The translations under genes were made by a program, and so were the position numbers. A stretch of DNA of 64,000 bases, taken from the NCBI GenBank assembly GCA_965248925.1, contig CBDFLE010000006.1, positions 640,001-704,000 of the forward strand, read 5' to 3'. Below are positions 37,682 through 47,308 of the stretch, one piece after another. The notes under the pieces are model-generated. The model saw only the letters and a list, made by a program, of their open reading frames with translations, ran no database searches and was not told the origin of the DNA. The stretch comes from Candidatus Multivoradales bacterium. GTDB taxonomy: Bacteria > Acidobacteriota > Thermoanaerobaculia > Multivoradales > J023. How positions within the stretch are numbered: position 1 is the stretch's first letter; the number at the start of each line of letters is the position of its first letter.

Positions 37682-39553
37682 ATGCACGCAGAGACTGCCC
37701 TCGCGAACCCACTTCGTCCTACCACCCTCAACTCGGTCGAACGCTTGTTGAGTGTGCTCTTGATCGGCCTGGTGTTGAGCTTGGTCGGCGCCGCTTCAGG
37801 TCATGCCCAACCACAGGTGACCGCCTCGGCGGCGGAACAGATCAGCCTGGTGCAGCAAGTCAAGGCGAGCCGCAACCCGGCCCAACGCAAGATCTCCTCA
37901 CAGTTGCTCCAGGAACTCGACCAACAGCGCGGCGCCGCCTACTTGGCCCGGCTGCCGAAACTCCAGCCCAGTTCCTTGCTCAACGCTGACGGCACTTTCC
38001 TCATAGACATGACTGCAACCGTCGACAGCGACCTCTTGGCCCGCGCCGAGGCGCTCGGCGCAACCGTGATCAACGCTTTCCCACAATGGAATAGCGCCCG
38101 GCTACGGTTGCCTTTGGATGCACTCGAGGACCTGGCCGCTGAGAGTGCGGTCAAGAGTCTTCGCGCCGCCGACCTCTACATGCTGCAGATGACCAACACC
38201 ACCGAGGGCGATATCGCCCACGGCACCGCGGCGGTCCGCGCCGCCACCGGCGCCGATGGTAGCGGCGTCAAGGTGGGCTCGATGTCCGACAGCGTCGAGT
38301 CCCTGGCCGCCCTACAAGGCACCGGCGACCTGCCGGCGGGGGTCACTGTGTTGGCCGGTCAGGCCGGTACCGGCACCAGCGAGGGCACGGCACTGATGGA
38401 GATCGTCCACGACATGGCCCCCGGCTCCGAGCTGTTCTTCGCCACCGGCCAGGGTGGACAAGCGCAGATGGCGCAGAACATCATCGATCTCGCCGCCGCC
38501 GGCTGTCGGGTGATCAACGACGACATCCTCTATTTCGTCGAGTCGGTGTTTCAGGACGGAGTGATCGCCCAGGCGGTCGACCAAGTGGTGGCCGCTGGGG
38601 TGCAGTACTTCTCCGCCGCCAGCAACTCCGGCAACCTCGACGCCGGCACCGCCGGGGTCTGGGAAGGAGAGTTCGTCGCTACCTCCCTGCCCACACCGCT
38701 GGTCGGCGCCGCCGCTGCCGCCCATGACTTCGGTGGCGGGGTGAACAACAACCTGATCACCTTCGACGCACCGGTGCTAATCACCCTGCAATGGTCCAAC
38801 CCGCTCGGCGCTGCCAGCGATGACTTCGATCTGTTCGTACTCGACGCGGCGCTGGCCAATGTGGTGGCGTTCTCGACCAGCGTCCAGGACGGCGACGACG
38901 ATCCGCTAGAAGTCATCGATTCGACCGCTCGCGACGATGCTGGCAACCGCCTAGTCATCACTCAGTTCGGCGGCGGCCCGGCCTTCCTGCACGTCAACAC
39001 CCACCGCGGCATGCTGAGCACCGCCACCGACGGCCAGATCTTCGGCCATCCGGCGGCGGTAGGCGCCATGGCGGTGGCGGCAATCAACGTCGCCACTGCA
39101 GGTGGCGGCGAGTTCGTCGGGGGTCTAGGCGTGCCGGTCGAGGCGTTCAGCTCTGACGGTCCACGGCGGATCTTCTTCGACCCCACGGGCGCACCGATCG
39201 CAGCTGGCGACGATTTCGACCTGCGCGGCATTCCCACCGGTGTGGTGCGGCAGAAGCCAGACATTACCGCCGCCGACGGTGTCTCGACCGCCACACCAGG
39301 TTTTGACCCCTTTTTCGGCACTTCCGCTTCGGCCCCCCACGCCGCGGGTATCAGTGCCTTATACCAAGACCTATTCCCAGCGGTGCCAGCTGACGTCGCC
39401 AATGACCTCTTCAAATCGAGTGCCCTCGACATCGACCAAACCGGCTTCGACCGCAACTCCGGCGCCGGCATCGTCAACATGGGAGGGGCAGTCAACGAGA
39501 CGATCTTCTCTGACGGTTTCGAGTCCGGAGACACGGCTGCCTGGTCGAAATAG
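37682..39553 (+). CDS. Secreted S8/S53-like serine peptidase
   Basis: GAGG RBS; signal peptide and propeptide; GVKVGSMSD, EGTALMEIVHDMAPG, SNSG, FFGTSASAPHAAG; C-terminal IFSDGFESGD. Confidence 0.88.
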   Translation: MHAETALANPLRPTTLNSVERLLSVLLIGLVLSLVGAASGHAQPQVTASAAEQISLVQQVKASRNPAQRKISSQLLQELDQQRGAAYLARLPKLQPSSLLNADGTFLIDMTATVDSDLLARAEALGATVINAFPQWNSARLRLPLDALEDLAAESAVKSLRAADLYMLQMTNTTEGDIAHGTAAVRAATGADGSGVKVGSMSDSVESLAALQGTGDLPAGVTVLAGQAGTGTSEGTALMEIVHDMAPGSELFFATGQGGQAQMAQNIIDLAAAGCRVINDDILYFVESVFQDGVIAQAVDQVVAAGVQYFSAASNSGNLDAGTAGVWEGEFVATSLPTPLVGAAAAAHDFGGGVNNNLITFDAPVLITLQWSNPLGAASDDFDLFVLDAALANVVAFSTSVQDGDDDPLEVIDSTARDDAGNRLVITQFGGGPAFLHVNTHRGMLSTATDGQIFGHPAAVGAMAVAAINVATAGGGEFVGGLGVPVEAFSSDGPRRIFFDPTGAPIAAGDDFDLRGIPTGVVRQKPDITAADGVSTATPGFDPFFGTSASAPHAAGISALYQDLFPAVPADVANDLFKSSALDIDQTGFDRNSGAGIVNMGGAVNETIFSDGFESGDTAAWSK

Positions 39554-39675
39554 AACACCGCCCAGAGTCACCACTGGCGATGCAGAGCCGATCATCCTGC
39601 CCTTGGGATAGACTCCCCGCGCCATCTATACGCCTCCGAGTTCGTCGGGGGCGTTTCCCGTGAGGAGATATATCC

Positions 39676-40464
39676 ATGAAGCTCATCGACCTATCCCAGC
39701 CGCTCAATCAAGACTGCCCGCCCTGGCCCTACTATCCGCCCTTCGAGGTCAAGTACATCAAGCGCAAGGCCGAGCACGGGGTCAACGCCCAGTACATCCA
39801 GACCTCGAACCACATGGGCACCCATCTCGACGCGCCACGCCACTTCGTTACTGGCGGTATGACCATCGACGAGATCCCCATGGAGTGGCTCTGCGGCCCC
39901 GGCGTGATCGTCGACCTGAGCGACGCTATGGACGACTGCGCCGTCTACACCCCGAAGATGATCGAAGATCGGGTCGAGGTACGCGAAGGCGACATGCTGC
40001 TGCTACACACCGGCTGGCATCGCTACGCCCAATTCGGCAGCCAGCCCGACGAAGAGAAGTACATCCACCTACACCCCGGCGCTCACCCCGACATGGTGCA
40101 GTGGCTGCTAGACAAGAAAATCCACATCTGGGGAGTCGACTGCATCTCCACCGATCACCCGATGAACCTGCCCATCGGCCGCTTCCTGGGCAAAGGCATG
40201 CACGGCCACTGCGACCGGGTGCGGGCCCTGTGCGAAGAGAAATTCGGCGCCGAAGGGATGCAGGAGCTTTTCCCAGATTCGGCTTACCAGCTGACCCACA
40301 ACGCCCTCTTCCCCCACCACTGCATGCACATCGAGAATCTAGGCGGCGACCTCAGCCTGCCCGAATTGCAGAACCAGCGTCTCACCTTGGGCTGTTTCCC
40401 GTGGAAGTTCAAAGGCGGCGAAGCGGCCTTCTGCCGCACGGTGGCCTTTCTCGACTTGGTATGA
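39676..40464 (+). CDS. Cyclase-family metallohydrolase (kynurenine formamidase-like)
   Basis: IDLSQ, HMGTHLDAPRH, GVD, IENL. Confidence 0.92.
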   Translation: MKLIDLSQPLNQDCPPWPYYPPFEVKYIKRKAEHGVNAQYIQTSNHMGTHLDAPRHFVTGGMTIDEIPMEWLCGPGVIVDLSDAMDDCAVYTPKMIEDRVEVREGDMLLLHTGWHRYAQFGSQPDEEKYIHLHPGAHPDMVQWLLDKKIHIWGVDCISTDHPMNLPIGRFLGKGMHGHCDRVRALCEEKFGAEGMQELFPDSAYQLTHNALFPHHCMHIENLGGDLSLPELQNQRLTLGCFPWKFKGGEAAFCRTVAFLDLV

Positions 40465-40557
40465 GTCCTACCATGGCTAAGGCCGTCGAAGAATTCGTTG
40501 CCAGGGCGGCCGCGGCCCAGCGAGTCACGATGGCCGAGTTACGGCAGTGAGCGGCCG

Positions 40558-40998
40558 ATGAGAAGAGCCCTCCTCGGTGCGCTGCTGATCGTCAGCGGCG
40601 TAATTCACTTGCTGCCGCTGACCGGGGTGCTCGGGGCGGACAGCTTGTCGAAGCTCTACGGCCTAAGCTTCGAGGATTCTGGCCTGTTGATCCTGATGCG
40701 TCACCGGTCGGTGCTCTTCGGCCTGCTCGGCGCGCTATTGGTCTACAGCGCGTTCCGGCGCCGTCTGCAAGGATTGGCCATCGCCGCCGGACTGGTCAGT
40801 GTGATTTCGTTCTTGATCCTCGCCGGGGCCGCGGACAGCTATGACCAACCCATCGGCCGGGTGGTGACCGCTGACTGGGTGGCTTTGGTCTGCCTGGTCC
40901 TCGCGACAGGTCTTCGGTTGAGCCAAGGCCGCCAAGCACCTGAGCCTCGACCAACTGCGCTCGCTGGCGGCGAAGATGCTCGGCCGAATCGCCGCTGA
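40558..40998 (+). CDS. Hypothetical 4-TM membrane protein
   Basis: IHLLP..GVLG...LYG, LMRHRSVLFGLLG; hydrophobic profile. Confidence 0.75.
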   Translation: MRRALLGALLIVSGVIHLLPLTGVLGADSLSKLYGLSFEDSGLLILMRHRSVLFGLLGALLVYSAFRRRLQGLAIAAGLVSVISFLILAGAADSYDQPIGRVVTADWVALVCLVLATGLRLSQGRQAPEPRPTALAGGEDARPNRR

Positions 40999-41016
40999 AA
41001 GCCCGGCGACCGACGC

Positions 41017-41145
41017 ATGAGAAAGGCGTTTCTGAGTACGCTACTGATCATCGCCGGGGTGATCCGCTGGCTGCCAACGGCAGGAGTCTTGGGGCGGACA
41101 AACTCACCAAGCTGCACGGAATTAGCTGCGAGCAAGACGAGTTGA
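41017..41145 (+). pseudogene. Degenerate paralog fragment of the 40558 gene
   Basis: MRKAFLSTLLIIAGVIRWLPTAGVLG then, after a frameshift in a G run, ADKLTKLHGISCE aligns to MRRALLGALLIVSGVIHLLPLTGVLGADSLSKLYGLSFE. Confidence 0.75.
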
Positions 41146-41296
41146 CCGGAGCGACCTTGGACACCAGGACACTGGAAGTCGTATCTACAAGTAGCTGTGC
41201 AAGACTCCACAGCATCAAAGGGCCCGCGAAGAAATAAGTTCCGAGTACCGAGACGTAGCCCGGTACGCCGCAGGGAGCGCAACGCCGTAAGAGGCG

Positions 41297-42139
41297 ATGC
41301 ATGAGTGGCCGATAACCGGAAGTTATTCCTTCACGGGTCCCGACCCAACGAAGCTCAACTCAGCGATGCTCGACACAAGACTAACGAAACGGCTTCTGCC
41401 AATGGTCTTCCTGATCTGCTGCGGCGGCAGCCCGCTAGGCGCTAGCACTGCCCCATTGACGCTGCCGGACCTCGAAACCCCTCGCTCAGTTCGCGAACAG
41501 CTTCCTGAGCGAGCTCTTGCCCTGGCTTGCTCCGACCTGGAATTCACTGATTGGCGAGCGCCAGCCGAGTCCGGAAAAACTGGCCTCCTGATCACCTTGC
41601 TGATGGATCTAGCTGAAGAGCACGCTCCACTGCTGCTCGATGCCGACTGCGACCAAGCGCGGTTCCTAGCTGCAGTTCTCTTGCAAGAAGCCGTCACCGC
41701 GGCCAACCCTGACGTACTCGCCAAGATCCGCCAAGCTTCGATCCAGATCAGCCGCGAAGACTCTGCGGCGGCGCGCGATCTTGCGGCCTACCTGCTCAGC
41801 ATGACCGGACCGCCGACCGCGGCGGTCCTGAGGGCCCTCGAGCAGATGCTGTGGGACCCAGATTTCGAGATCTGGGCGGCGGCGATGATCACGATCGGCA
41901 AGTTTGGTCCCGCTGCGAGCGAGCTCGAATCCGCGGTCGAGGTGACTTCCACAGCCCATGACTCCACCGACTGCAGCCAATCGGTGCTACGCGCCTTGAA
42001 CACTTCCGAGGCCTTTAAGGGGACCGCCTGCCAGCAGGCCCTCCGGCGAGTCCGCATGGAACGCCGGAGGGCCTCAAAGATGCGAACCTTGCCCCGCGGT
42101 TTGACCGGCTCCAGACCTACCACCAGTGCCCCAGACTGA
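41297..42139 (+). CDS. Hypothetical exported protein with HEAT-like helices
   Basis: 280-aa ORF; ALEQMLWDPDFEIWAAAMITIGKFGPAA is HEAT-like; start uncertain. Confidence 0.5.
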   Translation: MHEWPITGSYSFTGPDPTKLNSAMLDTRLTKRLLPMVFLICCGGSPLGASTAPLTLPDLETPRSVREQLPERALALACSDLEFTDWRAPAESGKTGLLITLLMDLAEEHAPLLLDADCDQARFLAAVLLQEAVTAANPDVLAKIRQASIQISREDSAAARDLAAYLLSMTGPPTAAVLRALEQMLWDPDFEIWAAAMITIGKFGPAASELESAVEVTSTAHDSTDCSQSVLRALNTSEAFKGTACQQALRRVRMERRRASKMRTLPRGLTGSRPTTSAPD

Positions 42140-42359
42140 GCTGCAGCCCGCAAGAAGTACTTGGCACGGCCGGAACTGCACGGCCGGGGCTTTTCCGAGA
42201 TTTCGTAACGCCCGCAAGGGCTAGAGAGTCGCGCCCCTGATCTGAAGGCTGCAACCGCCCTAAAAACCGTAACGGCCAGGCCAAGTCCAACCCTGGGACT
42301 CGACCTGGCCGCACCTGCTAGTCGCCGCTTACTTAGCGCCAGCGGCAAGCTGTTGGCAG

Positions 42360-45300
42360 CTAGGGCTCTTGGTAGTAGTACGCGTTGGTGCCGGAGAGGT
42401 AGAACGCGTTCGTACCTGCCGGGGCGGAACCCAACCAGCAGCCACTACCGTCGAGGATACCCTCATCGCAGCTGCCGCTACCCTGGATGTAGACGGTGTA
42501 CTGACCGCCGCCGGTGTATTGCCCGTAGTAGTCCGAACCCGTGTAGCCCGCCGGCGGTGTGGTTTCGCACAGCCGGTAGACACCCGGTATGTAGGTGACC
42601 GTCGTCCAGCCGAAAGGGCAAGCCGGTATCGGGCCGCCGAGTCTTAGCAGTCTCAGCTGAGGCTTGGCTCCTGAAGTGATAAGCGTGACTGACGCGCCAA
42701 AGGGGTTGACGACGGTGTCGACACAGCCATTGCCGTCCCACGGATAGCCCGTCGGACAGCTGGACTCAGACTCGATGTAGTAGCCGTTGTTGGCAATGAA
42801 TGGTGTCGAGCCGGCCGGTGGGCTGGTAACCACACAGTTGGCATTGTCCCACCAGGCATCGATCGTCGAACCGTCCCACCACAGCACATCGGGCAGACAG
42901 TGCAGATCGGGATTGCTGCCGCAAACGGTCAGCAAGTTCCAGGCATCGGGGCTTAGATCGAAAGACCACAGGGTCCAGTGTGGGCGGGGGTCGGGATTCC
43001 AGCCAGACCAGAAGGTCCAGTACTGCGCCCAGGCATAGAGCTCCATGTCCGCCGCCACCAGCTGTGCATCGATCTTGAAGCAGACCGTCGGCGCATCCTG
43101 GAAGAACATCTCGGCGTCGGCGTAGATTGGGAAGTTGATGCCAACGACGGTGCCATCGATACCGATTCCACCACGCACAATCAACAAGCTCAAAGTCGCG
43201 TAGCCATCGACATAGAGATTCACTCCAGGAGTCAACCCGACCTGCAGATCGTCGTTGGCGGTACACCAACCACCGTCGCGGTAAAAGTTGACGTAGAACT
43301 CGAGCGCTCCTGTAACCGTGAAGCTCAAGGTCAGCGGACCGGCGATAGGAATCGGCGGCGAGCTGATGTCGAACAGGTCGACGGACTCTTCCCACAAGGT
43401 GTTCGCCGCATCGACGGTGCAGACCTCGGTGTCGTCAATGTTGGCGATCTCGTTACCGACCAGCATGATGAAGAAACGGAAGCGGCGTTCCTGAGCACTG
43501 ATCCGCTCGGTCAGCAGCTGCACTTCGGCGATGTCGAACTGGTTGCCGAACACCTGGGCCTCAGCCCCGGCCTGAAGGTCGATCAGGTACGGCTCGTCCT
43601 CGACCAAAGCGCTGGCGCTGAAGGTGGCGCTGGCGATGTTACCGCCGAAAGTGTCGGACCAGGACCAATCGATCAGCACGTCGCGGGCGTAGCCGACATC
43701 AGTGCTGAGGCCGGCCTCGGCGCGCTCGGCGATCACCTGCTGGATGGCTTTTCGCACCGACCGGGCCGGCTCATTTGGGTAGTGCCCGAGCAGCAGTTCC
43801 TCGATCCGCGGCGATTCGATCTTGCGCATCGCGACGACCGCCGACAGACGGCTCAACATGTCCTTGGATCCGAGGTAAGGCGTCAGCAACCCGAGAGAGC
43901 TGTTGAACCCGGCGTTGCCGAGAGCGCGCATATAGAGCACCGCCTCGTCAGCGTCGGCGGCGAATCGCAACCCGGCGTTCAGATCTTCGACCAAAGCGGC
44001 AGCCCGGCGCTTCGCGCCAGCGTCGCTCAAGGCATCGGCGTAGGCGCCAAGCGCCAGCGTCGCGGCCGGCCAGCTGGCCTGCTGGTGACGGCCGGCGATG
44101 GCGGCCACCGCCGCCACCAAAGCAGGACTCGGAGCATCGAGCAGAGTGCTGAGACCGAGGATCCGCTGGGCTGTGTCGGCGTCGATCGCGCCGCCGAGCA
44201 GGTGATCGACCAACGTCGCCTGAGCGGCGACGCTGCCCTCGCTGATCAACAGCGATGCCAGCGAGCGGGCGAAGCGGCCGGTGGGCCGAAGACGCTCGAT
44301 ATGTCGGCTCAGGTGGGAGATGCCGGCGGCGTCGCCGCGCACTGCCTGGGACAGTCCGCTGAGCAGCTCCCCATGACTCGGCTGCTCGTGCAGCCGCTCC
44401 ACTAGCTCAGCGATCTGCTCGCTATTGTCCTCGTCCACCGTCGACAGGCCGATCGCCGCCGCCACCGGCAGACGAAGCATGTCGCCACGGCGCAGACCCT
44501 GGCGCAACTTTCCAGTGTCATGCCTCATCGACATCGCGGTGAGCGTCATGTTGACCGCCGCACGCACCTTGACCGTCTCGTGGTGATAGTGGGCGCTGAC
44601 CACCGGATCGGAAGCGTCGGGCTGAGCAATGATCACCAGCTCGTCGATGTTGACCTGCGAGATGACGCAGCTCTCGAGACTAAAGTTGATGCTCGACGTA
44701 TGCGTCAAGGCAATGTTCTGTGCCAACTTGCGGCCGTTTTTGCCAGCCGTGTAGTCGGCCTCGCTCTTGGTGCGCGACAGGACCACCTCGCGTTCGCCAC
44801 GGCTCACCGAGTAGTTCGCCGAATAGCTGCCTGAGATATCGCTCTCGAACACCTCGTACTGGTCGTCTGCGCGCAACGTCAGATTTAGAGCATTGACCAA
44901 TCCGCGCTTGAATGTAATGACCTCCGGAATGTCCTCGCGACCCACCGTCACGTCGACGATCTGGCCATCGCTCGCCTGAGTAAAGTAAAAGACCTGGTTG
45001 ATGGTCTCGCCGATCTCTTGCTCACCGGCCGACTCCACCGTCTTGTCCTCGACCAGCTCGGCCACCGCCACCTCGCTCAGCTGGACGGCGTAAGTGCACA
45101 GATTGTCCTGGCTGGCCACCGCAGTTAGCGACACCGTCGCCTCGCCGGTCAGGGTCGCCGAGTTGTAGCCCGAGGTGGCCACCGTCTCGACATCCGCTTC
45201 ACTGGTGAAGATAGCGTCGTAGTCGTAGATCAGGCTCTGGCCGACACGGCAAGCCAGCGCCGTCTCACCGCAGGCTACGGCGGCCTGCGCCGCCGGCAGC

Positions 45301-45389
45301 GAGCCGAGCAGCATCGAGAGCGCCAGTCCTAGTACCAGCGACACCTTTCGCAAGTGTGACCGTTGCATGATTTCCCCTTTCTCAGTCAT
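42360..45389 (-). CDS. Secreted vitellogenin/MTP-like large lipid-transfer-domain protein with Cys-rich C-terminus
   Basis: AGGAGG RBS; signal peptide; YDYDA, FYFTQ..DGQI, FKRGLVNAL, ESDISG, LALGA, MRALGNAG, RLSAVVAMRK motifs. Confidence 0.75.
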   Translation of the reverse strand: MTEKGEIMQRSHLRKVSLVLGLALSMLLGSLPAAQAAVACGETALACRVGQSLIYDYDAIFTSEADVETVATSGYNSATLTGEATVSLTAVASQDNLCTYAVQLSEVAVAELVEDKTVESAGEQEIGETINQVFYFTQASDGQIVDVTVGREDIPEVITFKRGLVNALNLTLRADDQYEVFESDISGSYSANYSVSRGEREVVLSRTKSEADYTAGKNGRKLAQNIALTHTSSINFSLESCVISQVNIDELVIIAQPDASDPVVSAHYHHETVKVRAAVNMTLTAMSMRHDTGKLRQGLRRGDMLRLPVAAAIGLSTVDEDNSEQIAELVERLHEQPSHGELLSGLSQAVRGDAAGISHLSRHIERLRPTGRFARSLASLLISEGSVAAQATLVDHLLGGAIDADTAQRILGLSTLLDAPSPALVAAVAAIAGRHQQASWPAATLALGAYADALSDAGAKRRAAALVEDLNAGLRFAADADEAVLYMRALGNAGFNSSLGLLTPYLGSKDMLSRLSAVVAMRKIESPRIEELLLGHYPNEPARSVRKAIQQVIAERAEAGLSTDVGYARDVLIDWSWSDTFGGNIASATFSASALVEDEPYLIDLQAGAEAQVFGNQFDIAEVQLLTERISAQERRFRFFIMLVGNEIANIDDTEVCTVDAANTLWEESVDLFDISSPPIPIAGPLTLSFTVTGALEFYVNFYRDGGWCTANDDLQVGLTPGVNLYVDGYATLSLLIVRGGIGIDGTVVGINFPIYADAEMFFQDAPTVCFKIDAQLVAADMELYAWAQYWTFWSGWNPDPRPHWTLWSFDLSPDAWNLLTVCGSNPDLHCLPDVLWWDGSTIDAWWDNANCVVTSPPAGSTPFIANNGYYIESESSCPTGYPWDGNGCVDTVVNPFGASVTLITSGAKPQLRLLRLGGPIPACPFGWTTVTYIPGVYRLCETTPPAGYTGSDYYGQYTGGGQYTVYIQGSGSCDEGILDGSGCWLGSAPAGTNAFYLSGTNAYYYQEP

Positions 45390-45648
45390 GACTCCTCCTT
45401 CCGACTCTCGGTCTCGAAAGTCGCGTTGGGAGTCGGCCGAGGAGTCTCAAATTGAGCACTCGCGCCGACTCTGTTTCGGTTGTCGGGGATAGATTCGCCG
45501 CCAGCTCTTGCAATCTGACAGTCGCGGCTAAAGCACCAACGCCGCGCCCGCCTGCACTCGGGCCGGGATTATCTTGGTGGCCGAGCGGAGATTTGTGACC
45601 GACGGATGAATATCCCTACACCGGCGCTCGGCGCTACAATCGAATTCG

Positions 45649-47067
45649 ATGAATACTCAACACTCCGACTTCGAGTTCCTGCAGAAGCCCGCTAGCGAGT
45701 TGCGCCGGCGGCTAGAGACCGGCGAGTTGTCGGCCAGCGAGCTGACGGCGGCCAGCTTGCGTCAGATCGACCGCGCCAACCCGCGGCTCAACGCCATCTG
45801 CACGGTCTCGGATCAAGCCCTTGACGAGGCCCGCGAACTCGACCGACAAACCGCCGCCGGCCATCCTCGCGGGCTGCTGCACGGTTTGCCGATCGGCATC
45901 AAGGACATCACCGAGACCCAGGGCCTGCGCACCACCTACGGCTCACCCCTCTACGCCGACCATGTGCCTGAGGAAGACGCTGAGGTGGTGCGCCGCCTGC
46001 GAGCCGCCGGGGCGGTGATCCTGGGCAAGACCAATGTGCCGGAGTTCGCCGCCGGCGGCAACACCTTCAACGAAGTGTTCGGCGCCACCCGCAACCCGTG
46101 GAATCCAGCCCGCAGCGCCGGCGGCTCCACCGGCGGCGGCGCGGCGGCACTGGCCAGCTGCATGGTGGCGCTGGCCGAAGGCACCGACCTCGGCGGCTCG
46201 CTGCGCATGCCGGCCTCGTTCTGCGGTGTGGTGGGCATCCGCCCGTCGGTCGGCCTGGTGCCAAATTGGCCCACTCCATTCGCCTGGGACACTCTCAGCG
46301 TGCATGGACCGATGGCCCGTACCACCGAGGATGTCGCCCTCTTGCTCGAAGTGATGGCGGGGCCCAGCCGGCGCTCGCCGCTGTCCCAACCCAATGCTGG
46401 ACGGCGCTTCGTAGAGGCCGTGCGGCAGCGCCGCGGCAGCGGCCTGCGGCTGGCCTACTGTCCTGATATCGCTGGCATCGGCATCGATTCGCAGGTCGAG
46501 AGGGTGTGCCGCTCGGCAGCCTTGGAGTTGGCTCAAAGCGGTGCGCAAATTGAGGAGATCGAACTCGATCTGTCCGCGGCCCGCGAAGCCTTCCTCGCCC
46601 TGCGCGGACTGTGGATGGTGACCCATCACCGCCAGCACTTGCAGCAGCTCGACCGGCTCGGCGCCAATATCGCCGGCAACATCCGCGCCGGGCTCGAAGT
46701 CAGCACCCACCAGCTCGCCGCGGCCGAGGCGGTCCGCGGCCAGGTGCGCGACCAATTGCGACAGCTGTTCGAGAAATTCGACCACTTGCTGACCCCAACC
46801 ATGGCGGTGCCGCCATTCACCGTCGAGCAGAACTACCCGGCCCTTGTTGGCGGTCGCGAGATGGCGACCTACGTCGATTGGTTTGCCCCCACCTTCGTGC
46901 TTAGCATCACCGGGCTGCCGGTAGCGTCGGTGCCCTGCGGCCGCGACGACGGTGGCATGCCGGTGGGCTTGCAAGTCGTCGGCCGCAGCTTTGGCGAAGA
47001 GCAAGTTCTGGCCACCGCCGGATTGGTGCAAGACGCGCACCCAATTGGCCTACCGGACCTCCCCTAG
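45649..47067 (+). CDS. Amidase (amidase-signature family)
   Basis: IGIKD, GKTNVPEF, NPW, GGSTGG, GTDLGGSLR. Confidence 0.95.
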   Translation: MNTQHSDFEFLQKPASELRRRLETGELSASELTAASLRQIDRANPRLNAICTVSDQALDEARELDRQTAAGHPRGLLHGLPIGIKDITETQGLRTTYGSPLYADHVPEEDAEVVRRLRAAGAVILGKTNVPEFAAGGNTFNEVFGATRNPWNPARSAGGSTGGGAAALASCMVALAEGTDLGGSLRMPASFCGVVGIRPSVGLVPNWPTPFAWDTLSVHGPMARTTEDVALLLEVMAGPSRRSPLSQPNAGRRFVEAVRQRRGSGLRLAYCPDIAGIGIDSQVERVCRSAALELAQSGAQIEEIELDLSAAREAFLALRGLWMVTHHRQHLQQLDRLGANIAGNIRAGLEVSTHQLAAAEAVRGQVRDQLRQLFEKFDHLLTPTMAVPPFTVEQNYPALVGGREMATYVDWFAPTFVLSITGLPVASVPCGRDDGGMPVGLQVVGRSFGEEQVLATAGLVQDAHPIGLPDLP

Positions 47068-47071
47068 CACC

Positions 47072-47265
47072 TTGGGCACAGAGCAACTCAGCCAGCCGCG
47101 CCAGCTGGCCGCCATCGCCCGTTCCACAGGGTGGCTGATGGACGCCCTTCGAGCCGCCCACGAAGTGGCTGCTCCCGACTGGCACATCGGCGGCGGCGCC
47201 ATTCGCGACGCCGTGTGGGACCACCTGCACGACCTCGAACCGAGGCTGCCCCGGGATATCGACGC
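47072..47265 (+). pseudogene. N-terminal fragment of a DUF925-like nucleotidyltransferase
   Basis: LMDALRAA...PDWHIGGGAIRDAVWDHLH...PRDID; similarity ends just before the converging response regulator. Confidence 0.65.
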
Positions 47266-47308
47266 GGCGAGCGCATCGAGCCGGTGCTCATCACGACCCT
47301 CCGAAACC

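Noticed and set aside
40461-40550. 29-aa ORF between the cyclase and membrane-protein genes
   Set aside because: No clear RBS or motif; cannot be supported
42140-42360. GCCC-GCAA-GGGC hairpin region as an ncRNA
   Set aside because: Only one short tetraloop hairpin between convergent genes; no recognisable family
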